Shown here one piece after another: positions 9,795-18,364 of a stretch of 64,000 bases of DNA. Numbering within the stretch: the stretch's first letter is position 1; each line of letters opens with the position of its first letter. The notes below the pieces were generated by a model. That model was not told the origin of the DNA. It was given only the letters and a program-made list of their open reading frames with translations, and did no database searches. A program made the position numbers and the translations under genes. The stretch comes from Chloroflexota bacterium. Its GTDB lineage: Bacteria; Chloroflexota; UBA6077; JACCZL01. The DNA lies in the NCBI GenBank assembly GCA_046328125.1, contig JAXLXF010000010.1:87808-151807 (forward strand), in the 5' to 3' direction.

Positions 9795-12032
9795 CTACTT
9801 GCGGGTCATCACGTAGACGCCGTCCCAGTCCACCGGCGGCGGGTCGTGCATCAGCTCCTCGCAGCGCTTGAGGTACACCGCGCTCGGGCCGTCGTCCGGG
9901 CTGAGCCGAAGCGCCTCCTGGAACTTGGCGGCGGCGCCGAGCCAGTCACGCTCACGATACAGCTCGATGCCCTCGTCGTAGGCGCGCAGGGCCGGTCCGG
10001 AGCGGATGCCGGGCAGCCGCTCGGCGTCCAGGATCTCGAAGACTTCGGCCGGCTCCTTCTTCCCCTTCACCGCGACGAGGTCCAGGAACCGCTCGTGGAA
10101 TGCCGTGCCGGTCTGGTCGAGCGTGGCCCGGCTGACGATCAACGTCGTGCCGTACTCCTTGTTGAGCCCCTCGAGCCGTGAGGCCAGGTTCACGGCGTCG
10201 CCCAGCACGGTGTAGTCGAAACGGCTGTTGGAGCCCATGTTGCCGACTTTCATGACGCCGGTGTTGATGCCGATGCCCATCGCGAGCGGGATCCGGCCCT
10301 GCTGGGTCCAGCGGGCGTTCAGGTCGTCCAGGGCGACGAGCATCTCCAGGGCGGCTCGGCAGGCGAGCACGGCATGGTCCGGCTGGTGCTGTGGAGCGCC
10401 CCAGAAGGCCATGATCGCGTCGCCCATGTACTTGTCGATGGTGCCCTCGTACTTGAAGATCACGTCAGACATGACCGTCAGGTACTCGTTCAGCAAGTGG
10501 ACCAGCGTCTCCGGATCGAGGGACTCCGAGAAGGTGGTGAAGCCGCGCAGGTCGGAGAACATCACCGTCATCTCGCGCTGGTCACCGCCAAGCTTCAGCG
10601 AGTCCGGATCGCGCGTGACGTGCGCCACGACGGCCGGCGAGAGGTACTGGCCGAGGACGCCCCGCAACGCCCGACTCTGCCCCTGCTCGAAGATCACGCG
10701 GTAGAAGACGACGCCGGTGTAGGTGACGAGCAACGCGAGCGGCGGGTAGATCAAGTTCAGCACGATGTGCTCGTCGAAGTAGTACGAAGCGGCGAGCACG
10801 TAGACGGCCAGCGCCAGGACCGAGCAGAGGGCGGCGGCGAGCATCGGCAGGCCGACCAGGGCGATGCCGGCGATCGCCGCCATCACGAAGATCAGCCCGA
10901 CCGTGATCTCGGGGGCCGCGTCGCGGATGAAGTCGCCCCGCAGAATGGTGTCGATGGCGTTGGCGTGGACCTCGACTCCCGGCATCTTCCCAAGCAGCGA
11001 GGTCGGCACCCAATAGTCGTCGGCGAATCCCGTCGCCGTCAGCCCGATCACCACCAGCTTGCCACGGAACGTGTCCGGCGCCGCGCGACCCTTGAGCACG
11101 TCGGTGAACGAGACGACCGTGAAAGCCGGCGACGCCGAGCTCTGGTACGGGCCGCCGGCGAAGTTGACGGTCATGTTGCCGCGAGCGTCGACCGGGATCT
11201 CGCGGCCGGCGAGCGGGATGCGACCGTTCTGGATCGGGCCGTCCCAGGGGCCGGGGCGGCGCAGGAACCTGGCGACGGCGATCAGCGGAAGGCCCGGATA
11301 CGGCTGACCGCCGACGTCGAACACGAGCGGCACCCGGCGCACTGTCCCGTCCGCATCCGGCTCCTGGTTCACGAGCCCGAGCCCGCTGCTCACCGCTTTT
11401 AGCTCCTGACGTGGCTCGACGACCTCGCCAAAGCCCTGCCAGGCGTCGTTTCGGCGCGGGTACCGGGTGCGGAGATCCCCAAACGACGGCTGAACGACGA
11501 ACGTCGCCGTGTCGAGCGCGTCGTCGATGGCGGAGATCAGCGCGTCGTCGCCGTCCAGTGGGACGTCGAACAGGATGTCGAACACGATCGTCCGTGCGCG
11601 GGCGTCCGCGAGCCGGCGGATCACGTCAGCGTAGAGGGCGCGCGGCCAGCCGAAGAAGCGTCCGTACTGCTTCAACTCGACGATGCTCTTGTCGTCCACG
11701 GCGACGAGCACGACGTACTGCGACGGCTCGGGCGACTTGGCGCGCGGGTAGAAAAAGAGCGAGTCCGTGGCACGCCATTGAGGTCCCTGGACGGCGTCGT
11801 GCCAGAACCAGAGGTACAGGCTCGAGAGCGAGCAGGCCACGGCCAGACAGATCAGCGCGGTGATGGTAAGTCGGCGTCGTTGACGTGGCGTCACGTTGCC
11901 GCCTCCCGACGACCCTGTCAGGGGCTCGTGGCGCGCCCCCAACCGCGCGAAGATCGTGTCCAGGCTGCCGCGCCGCGGTCTCCATCGCCCAGGCGCGGCG
12001 CGCCGGGACCACGCAGGAGGCAGCGCAGTCAT
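9795..12032 (-). CDS. CHASE2 sensor / class III adenylate (guanylate) cyclase with C-terminal TPR-like region
   Basis: N-terminal TM helix, then a CHASE2-like block (VLVAVDDKSIVEL...GWPRALYADVIRRL...IVFDILFD). Three TM helices follow, then the cyclase core (MTVMFSDLRGFTTFSE, GDAIMAFWGAP). The C-terminus has a TPR-like motif. Confidence 0.85.
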   Translation of the reverse strand: MTALPPAWSRRAAPGRWRPRRGSLDTIFARLGARHEPLTGSSGGGNVTPRQRRRLTITALICLAVACSLSSLYLWFWHDAVQGPQWRATDSLFFYPRAKSPEPSQYVVLVAVDDKSIVELKQYGRFFGWPRALYADVIRRLADARARTIVFDILFDVPLDGDDALISAIDDALDTATFVVQPSFGDLRTRYPRRNDAWQGFGEVVEPRQELKAVSSGLGLVNQEPDADGTVRRVPLVFDVGGQPYPGLPLIAVARFLRRPGPWDGPIQNGRIPLAGREIPVDARGNMTVNFAGGPYQSSASPAFTVVSFTDVLKGRAAPDTFRGKLVVIGLTATGFADDYWVPTSLLGKMPGVEVHANAIDTILRGDFIRDAAPEITVGLIFVMAAIAGIALVGLPMLAAALCSVLALAVYVLAASYYFDEHIVLNLIYPPLALLVTYTGVVFYRVIFEQGQSRALRGVLGQYLSPAVVAHVTRDPDSLKLGGDQREMTVMFSDLRGFTTFSESLDPETLVHLLNEYLTVMSDVIFKYEGTIDKYMGDAIMAFWGAPQHQPDHAVLACRAALEMLVALDDLNARWTQQGRIPLAMGIGINTGVMKVGNMGSNSRFDYTVLGDAVNLASRLEGLNKEYGTTLIVSRATLDQTGTAFHERFLDLVAVKGKKEPAEVFEILDAERLPGIRSGPALRAYDEGIELYRERDWLGAAAKFQEALRLSPDDGPSAVYLKRCEELMHDPPPVDWDGVYVMTRK

Positions 12033-12218
12033 TCAGCAGTCGTACTGGATTGTAGAACGGGTCCCGGAGGCGGTCAAGGACGGGGTCAGGCGGCCAGATC
12101 CGAGAACACAGCCGGCCAGGCGACCGGTCGAACGAGGTCCGGAACTAGCCGTCACGACGTGCTGGCGCCGACGCCGTGGTCGAGCGGGTGTAGAAGGTCG
12201 GTTGTGGAACAGTTATGT

Positions 12219-12254
12219 CTGTCCAGATGGACAGGTATTCTGTCCATTTGGACA
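12219..12254. promoter_or_regulatory. Twin operator-like palindromes TGTCCA-N2-TGGACA, centres 21 bp apart
   Basis: cTGTCCAgaTGGACAg lies at 12219..12234 and TGTCCAttTGGACA at 12241..12254. Both sit in the locally AT-richer 462-bp divergent intergenic region between the cyclase gene and the giant beta-helix gene. Confidence 0.4.
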
Positions 12255-12494
12255 CTTCAATTATGCGTAGCAACGGCACATACTCGACGCGCAGCCACGG
12301 TTGTGACGCTCTCGTGATGTCGCGGGGGGCACCACTGGCAGTGAGCCACCAGAAGGCCAGTTGACGGCGAGTCGGGGAACGAGAACGCCGAACAGACCGA
12401 CCTTCCGATCGGTGCGGCACGTGCGCCTCGCGCACGGTGTCGCGATTATGCATGGAAGCGATCGTATTTTCGCGCCGGCAGGACGAAGCGGCAG

Positions 12495-15400
12495 GTGCAG
12501 AAGGGGCAGATCGTGAAATCACGTCTTCCGTTCGGACTCGGCAGGTCACGCGGGTGGCGCGCGCTCTTAGCGACGCTCGCGGTGGGGGTCTTCACGCTTG
12601 CCGCCGCGCAGGGCGTCCTGCGCGTCCTGGCCGATCCGATCACCATCAGTTTTGAGAGTCCGACCTACACCACCGGCAATCCAAACGGGCAGGACGGCTT
12701 TGTTTTCACCGGTCCATATGACGTGGCTATCGTGTCGCAATCCACCTACGCCGCCTTTGGCTCACAGTCCCTTCGCATGTCGAATGCCAGCGCGAGCGGG
12801 TCGTTCGGGGACATGCCGTTCACGAAGTCGACGACGAGCGACGCCGGCGAGTCGACGGTCGATCTGACGAGCCCGTGGTCGAACCACACCGGGCGAAAGA
12901 ACGGTTTCGAGGCCGAGCTCTCCTTTGCGTCGGCCACCGGGACACCGCAGCCAGGCCTGCGCATCACGATCTCGCCGGATCGTGGCGACGGCGCCCGGAT
13001 GGGATGGGCGGCGATTCGCGACGAAGCTGGCGGATTGGCCGTCGATCTCCAGGCGTACGACTTCACGGCCGCCGGCAACCCGTGCGACCGGTTCACGGAT
13101 GCCGTGACGATCGCGACAGGGCTGGACCGGACCACCACACACACGCTGAAGTTCGTGATGCGGTTCGCCGAGGGGTACCGGAACGACATCGTCCAGATCT
13201 ACGTGGACGGCGTGCTGCGGGCCAGCACGCCGTCCTGGGAGGAGTATTTCCGCTTCTGCTCGGACGAGCAGGGGCCGAGCGCGGACGGCAGCGTGGCGGC
13301 GTCTCACGCGGTCGACTCGCTGCTGTTCCGGATCAGCGAGACCGGCACGTATCCGCACGTCCCCGCGTACCTGGGTGCGGGCTTCCTGATCGACAACATC
13401 ACCTTGAACACGGTGGACGCACCGGCCGTGGCGAACGTGTTCGTGCGCACGGACGGCAGCGACGTCACCTGCGATGGGTCAACAAACGCATCCGCGGCAT
13501 CGTCGCCGGAAGGCAAGTGCGCTTTCAAGACGGTCGAGCGGGGCGTCTACGGCGTCGATTCGGGCGGGACGGTGAACGTCGGGGTCGGCACGTTCAGTGC
13601 CGCCGACGCCGGCCGTTCTGGCGGCACGCTGGTCGTCGTGCCGGACCACAAGCCGGTCACGATCAAAGGCGCCGGCCCCACCCAGACCATCCTGAGCGGG
13701 ACCAGCAAGACCGGTATCGGCTTCGGCTTCGAGTACCCGAGCCACAGTGCCCCCACCCAGAAGTACGACATCGACGGTCTGACGATCCAGGATCTTCAGA
13801 TCACGAATTTCGAAGAGGGCATGTACCTCGGCGACACCGGCACGACGCCGAGCAACTTGACCTTCACCAACATCGATGTCAGCGGCAACGGCATTGACGG
13901 CATCAAGATCAGCAGCGGCACCGCGAACGGCGGTATCTCCAACCTGACGATCGACGGGATCACCGCCTCGAACAACGGCGGCGGCGGTCCAGGGCGCGGG
14001 CTCTACTTGACGGACGGCCCCAAGACCAATGTCACTGTCAAGAACAGCACCTTCAACAACAACACCCTCGTCGGCATCGACTTCAACGATGGCTCGGCGG
14101 AGAACGCCATCGTGCTCAACAACCACGTCGAAGGGAACGGAGACGCTGGCATCGGCGTGCTCGGCCCCAAGACCTCGATGTCCGTCAAGGGCAACACCGT
14201 CCTCAACAACGGCCGGTTCGGCATCGAGATCAAGAACGCGGACGGCCTGACGAGCGGCACGCCGACGCTGATCGTCGAGGAGAACACGATCACCCGGACG
14301 ATCGACGCAACGGATGCCCGCGACCATGCCGGCATCGCGGTGATGCGGCGCGCGGTGGGGCCGCTGAACGTCAACCAGCCGGCCGGCGTCCTGGTCCGCA
14401 ACAACGTCGTGGCTGGCTATCACCGCAAGCCGACTGGCTCGACCGGCGATGGCTTCGGCATCGTGGTGGCCGGCACGAACATGCAGGTTCGCAACAACAT
14501 CGTGGACAACAACGACGTTGGTATCCAAATCCAGGCCGGCAACCCCGACAATCCAGGGGGCGCCTCGAGCAATCAGGTCCAGAGCACGCCCTGGTTCGAC
14601 CGCGACAATGCCAGCTCGTACACCGGCGTCACCGAATTGAACGACATCAAGAAGACCAACACGATCGGGCTGCGGGCGGTCGGGGCGGTCTCGAACGGTG
14701 ACGTGAGCCGCAACTGGTGGGGCTCCTCGTCCGGACCGACCATCGCCAGCAATCTGGGCGGCGCTGGCGCGACAGCCGAGCTGTCCAACGGCGCGAGTAT
14801 CACCTTCACACCGTTCCTGGGCCACGGCACCGACACGGATGCCGCCATCGGGTTCCAGCCCGAGAGCACCAACATCCTGGTCGGGCAGCTCGACCAGACG
14901 TTCGTCCGCCTGAGCGGCAGCAGCACCGAGTGTGACGGCTCCGCCGACGTGGACTTCAACGCCAGCTTGCTCGGCAAGTGCGCGGTTGGGACCGTCCAGA
15001 AGGGCGTGGACAACGTCAAGGCGACCGGCACGGTCAACATCGCCGGCCAGACGTTCGTCGGGGCGGCGGCGCACGTCATCACCAGCAAGAGCGTCAACAT
15101 CCTCGGCGCCAGCCGGGCGACCACGATTCTCGACGGCTTTGAGAGCGGCGCCAAGACGGGAAGTAACGGTGTCGAATTCCAGAACGGCGTGGACGGCGCC
15201 ACGGTCAAGAAGCTGACGATCAGGCGGTGGAGCTTGCACGGGCTGATCTTCGGCGGTACCCACGGCGCCAACGTCGGCTCGGCCAACATCGTGGTGGACG
15301 ACGTCGAGTCGTCGGACAACGGCGACACGGCATTCGCGCCCGGCACGCCCCAGGGCTCGGCGCGCGGCATCGTGGTCTGGGACGGCAACAAGTCCAACAT

Positions 15401-17252
15401 CACGATCACCAACAGCGTCGCGAACAACAACTCGCTGGTCGGGATCGAGACCCAGGACGGTACGGTCGCCAACGCCATCATCACCGGCAACAGCGTCACC
15501 GGCAACCGTGACGCTGGCCTGGGCGTCCTCGGCCCGAAGACGTCCCTGAACATCTCTGGCAACACCGTCGTCAACAACGGCCGCTTCCAGATCGAGGTGA
15601 AGAACCCGGATGGCCCGACGAGCGGTGTTTCGACCCTGATCGTCGAGAACAACGCGGTCGCCCGGAACGTGACGGCTACCGAGCTCCGCGATCACGCCGG
15701 CATCGTGGTGCTGCGCCGCGATCCGGGCGCGCTCAACGTCGATCAGCCAGCTGGCGTCATCGTCCGGAACAACAACGTGGCCGGCATCCGCGCGAACGCG
15801 CCCGGGACCACCGGCGAGGGCTTCTGCATCGTCGTCGAAGGTCTCAACATGTCGGTGCTGAACAACAACACCGTCAACTGTGACGTCGGGATCCAGGTGC
15901 AGAAGGGGAACACGGCGAACGTTCAGAGCACGCCGGCCTTCGACCGCGGCTCGGCCGCCGACTTCAGCGGCACGGTCGAGCAGAACAACATCGCGACCAC
16001 CAACACGGTCGGCTTCCGTGCGGTGGGTCTGACGACGAGCTTCGGCGTCGCTCGGAACTGGTGGGGCAGCGCCACCGGCCCGACGCACGCCAGCAACAGT
16101 GGCGGCACCGGCTCCTCGGTGGTGGGCACCAGCATCACGTTCAGCCCGTGGCTGGCTGACGGCACCGACACCAACGCGGCGCTCGGATTCCAGCCGAACC
16201 TGACGCCGGTCGGGTTCCTGGCGACGCAGGGCATCAACGTCGCTCCAACATCCGGCCTGGTCACGACGGAGAGCGGCGGGCAGGCCAGCTTCGCGGTGGT
16301 GCTCGCTTCTCAGCCGTCGGCGGACGTGACGATCGGGCTGTCGTCGTCGAACACGAACGAAGGCACGGTCTCGCCAGCTTCCCTGACGTTCACGGCGGCG
16401 AACTGGAACGTGCCGCAGACGGCGACCGTCACCGGCGTCGGCCTGGGCGCCCCGAACGGCAACGCAACGTACAGCATCATCACCGCGCCAGCGGTCTCGA
16501 CCGATCCGAACTTCAACGGCCTGAACCCGTCCGACGTCTCGGCGACGAACAACGCTGCCCCGACGCCTACGATCTCGATTGCCGACGCCTCGAAGACGGA
16601 AGGGGACTCCGGAACCTCGAACATGACGTTCAACGTCACCTTGAGTCAGACGTCCCCCCACACGATCAAGGTGGACTACGGCACCCAGGATCAGACGGCG
16701 CTGGGCAGCCCGGCTGGCATCGACTACGTGGCCACGTTTGGCACGTTGACCTTCAATCCGGGCGAGACGACGAAGCAGGTCAACGTCCCGATCGTCGGCG
16801 ACCTGACCGCCGAGCAGACCGAGACCTTCCTGGTGAATCTCTCGAATCCGTCCGGTGCGACGATTCTGGACGGGCAAGCCGTTGGGACCATCACGGACAA
16901 CGAGATTGCCTCGTCGGCCTGTTCGCCGCGACCGAACATCACGGTTCAGGCGCAGTCAGTCGGCGGGCGGCAGATGCAGGTCACGGTCAAGGCCGACACC
17001 ACGGCACCGAACCAGGCTAACTTCCTCTTCTCGATTCAGTTCGAGGCGTTCAACAACGCCACCGTCCAGATGCCGGGGCAAGCATCGGTCGGCACGAGCC
17101 CGATCACGCTGACGACTGGCACCAAGCAGATCGTCTTCTTCGTGACGCAGACGGACACGACGAAGGCGTTCCAGGTGCCGTTCACCGTCACCGACGGCTG
17201 CGGCTCGGTCAAGAAGTTCGTCGGAGGTGGGAAGGACTCCGTCGCGAACTAG
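12495..17252 (+). CDS. Giant exported right-handed beta-helix (PbH1/NosD-like) repeat protein with Calx-beta and a C-terminal Cys-bracketed domain
   Basis: Signal-like N-terminus (WRALLATLAVGVFTLAAAQG). Two ~450-aa parallel beta-helix modules carry repeated N-rich turns (NNN.V.GN.DAG..V.GPKTS...GNTV.NNGRF.IE.KN). A Calx-beta-like segment follows (ISIADASKTEGDSG...VNVPIVGD...TITDNE). Confidence 0.85.
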   Translation: MQKGQIVKSRLPFGLGRSRGWRALLATLAVGVFTLAAAQGVLRVLADPITISFESPTYTTGNPNGQDGFVFTGPYDVAIVSQSTYAAFGSQSLRMSNASASGSFGDMPFTKSTTSDAGESTVDLTSPWSNHTGRKNGFEAELSFASATGTPQPGLRITISPDRGDGARMGWAAIRDEAGGLAVDLQAYDFTAAGNPCDRFTDAVTIATGLDRTTTHTLKFVMRFAEGYRNDIVQIYVDGVLRASTPSWEEYFRFCSDEQGPSADGSVAASHAVDSLLFRISETGTYPHVPAYLGAGFLIDNITLNTVDAPAVANVFVRTDGSDVTCDGSTNASAASSPEGKCAFKTVERGVYGVDSGGTVNVGVGTFSAADAGRSGGTLVVVPDHKPVTIKGAGPTQTILSGTSKTGIGFGFEYPSHSAPTQKYDIDGLTIQDLQITNFEEGMYLGDTGTTPSNLTFTNIDVSGNGIDGIKISSGTANGGISNLTIDGITASNNGGGGPGRGLYLTDGPKTNVTVKNSTFNNNTLVGIDFNDGSAENAIVLNNHVEGNGDAGIGVLGPKTSMSVKGNTVLNNGRFGIEIKNADGLTSGTPTLIVEENTITRTIDATDARDHAGIAVMRRAVGPLNVNQPAGVLVRNNVVAGYHRKPTGSTGDGFGIVVAGTNMQVRNNIVDNNDVGIQIQAGNPDNPGGASSNQVQSTPWFDRDNASSYTGVTELNDIKKTNTIGLRAVGAVSNGDVSRNWWGSSSGPTIASNLGGAGATAELSNGASITFTPFLGHGTDTDAAIGFQPESTNILVGQLDQTFVRLSGSSTECDGSADVDFNASLLGKCAVGTVQKGVDNVKATGTVNIAGQTFVGAAAHVITSKSVNILGASRATTILDGFESGAKTGSNGVEFQNGVDGATVKKLTIRRWSLHGLIFGGTHGANVGSANIVVDDVESSDNGDTAFAPGTPQGSARGIVVWDGNKSNITITNSVANNNSLVGIETQDGTVANAIITGNSVTGNRDAGLGVLGPKTSLNISGNTVVNNGRFQIEVKNPDGPTSGVSTLIVENNAVARNVTATELRDHAGIVVLRRDPGALNVDQPAGVIVRNNNVAGIRANAPGTTGEGFCIVVEGLNMSVLNNNTVNCDVGIQVQKGNTANVQSTPAFDRGSAADFSGTVEQNNIATTNTVGFRAVGLTTSFGVARNWWGSATGPTHASNSGGTGSSVVGTSITFSPWLADGTDTNAALGFQPNLTPVGFLATQGINVAPTSGLVTTESGGQASFAVVLASQPSADVTIGLSSSNTNEGTVSPASLTFTAANWNVPQTATVTGVGLGAPNGNATYSIITAPAVSTDPNFNGLNPSDVSATNNAAPTPTISIADASKTEGDSGTSNMTFNVTLSQTSPHTIKVDYGTQDQTALGSPAGIDYVATFGTLTFNPGETTKQVNVPIVGDLTAEQTETFLVNLSNPSGATILDGQAVGTITDNEIASSACSPRPNITVQAQSVGGRQMQVTVKADTTAPNQANFLFSIQFEAFNNATVQMPGQASVGTSPITLTTGTKQIVFFVTQTDTTKAFQVPFTVTDGCGSVKKFVGGGKDSVAN

Positions 17253-17274
17253 CTTCTACACGTCGGCGAATCGC

Positions 17275-17320
17275 AGAGCGCCGGGACCGGAGGGGTCATC
17301 CCCACCGGTCCCGGCGCTCT
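17275..17320 (+). terminator. Long GC-rich hairpin downstream of the beta-helix gene
   Basis: AGAGCGCCGGGACCGG(a)GGGG-tcat-CCCC(a)CCGGTCCCGGCGCTCT forms a ~20-bp stem beginning 23 nt after the stop codon. There is no clear U-tract. Confidence 0.55.
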
Positions 17321-17537
17321 CTCATATCTGGGACGGTGCGCCGGGCCACGGCGCACGTCCGGCCGCCATCTGGCTGGTGATCCCGCGTGTTGCCGTTGCA
17401 GCGGGAAGGTAGGTACAACCAGCGGGTGGGATCGCACGGCTTCCTCGGCTGGGACTCGTGCGGCGTCGCTCGGACAGTGTGCTCGCGAGCGGCCCAACTC
17501 GGGCGCGCCGACGATCGCGCGCCTGGATGGATGCGAT

Positions 17538-18266
17538 ATGGCGACTGACCCTGTCCGTCGAGCTCGTCCCCAGCGGCCGCCACGACACGGGACGGCCACC
17601 GACACGCCGAGTGTGTCCTATCCCGCGCGCGTCATCGTGGTGGACCAGCACGACATCCCCCGTGCCGGCCTGCGGGGCGTGCTGTCTGGCCTGCCGGAGC
17701 TGGAGGTCGTGACGGAGGCGACCAGCGGTCCGCAGGCCGTGGCGCTGTGCCGGAGGCTCAGGCCAGACCTCGTGCTGATGGAGCTCGAATTGCCGGGCCT
17801 TGACGGGGTGTCCGCCACGCGCGTCATTCGGCGTGACTGTCCGGAGACGCGGGTCGTGATCGTGACGCAGCGTGAAGACCCCGTCTCGTTGCGGCTTGCC
17901 ATCGAAGCCGGTGCGGCGGCGTTCCTGATCAAAACGGCCAGCCGCGACGCCGTGCTGAGTGCGCTGCGACGGGTGCTGGCCGGCGAGCTGGTGATGGACG
18001 CGGAGCTGGCAACGCGTGCGCTCCACCAGGCTGTCGAGGCGCCGCCGTGGGTCGGCACGAGCTTGACGGCGCGCGAGCACGAGGTGCTCAGGCTGGTGGC
18101 AGGCGGCAAGACGAATCAGGAGATCGGCGTGGCGCTGGCGGTCAGCACCCGGACCGCGAAGGCGCACGTCGAGCGAATCATCGCGCGGCTGGGCGTCGCG
18201 AATCGCGCTGAGGCCGTGGCGAAGGCGATCGGCCTCGGGATGCTGACGCCGAGTGTGTCGCGCTGA
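17538..18266 (+). CDS. NarL/FixJ (LuxR-type HTH) response regulator with Glu at the phospho-acceptor position
   Basis: Receiver fold (VIVVDQHD..., LVLMELELPG, VVIVTQ, FLIK) plus a LuxR HTH (LTAREHEVLRLVAGGKTNQEIG...TAKAHVERI). The exact start is uncertain. Confidence 0.85.
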   Translation: MATDPVRRARPQRPPRHGTATDTPSVSYPARVIVVDQHDIPRAGLRGVLSGLPELEVVTEATSGPQAVALCRRLRPDLVLMELELPGLDGVSATRVIRRDCPETRVVIVTQREDPVSLRLAIEAGAAAFLIKTASRDAVLSALRRVLAGELVMDAELATRALHQAVEAPPWVGTSLTAREHEVLRLVAGGKTNQEIGVALAVSTRTAKAHVERIIARLGVANRAEAVAKAIGLGMLTPSVSR

Positions 18267-18364
18267 GACAGCACGCCAAAGCTTCGAGGCGACCGGAGAT
18301 TGCCCAGGCGGCTGCGACTTGGCGAGCTTCCCGCGCCTCCCGCGTTCAGGTCAACAGCGCCCGG

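Noticed and set aside
13479-16877. Very long antisense ORFs: 13479..16877 (1132 aa), 25735..27717 (660 aa), 37944..39890 (648 aa), 5352..6770 (472 aa), 54449..56407 (652 aa), 32026..33723 (565 aa) and many others.
   Set aside because: Each lies opposite a gene with clear family motifs. Their translations are Arg/Gly/Ala/Pro/Asp-rich with no recognisable domains. This is the typical stop-codon-poor antisense frame of GC-rich DNA.
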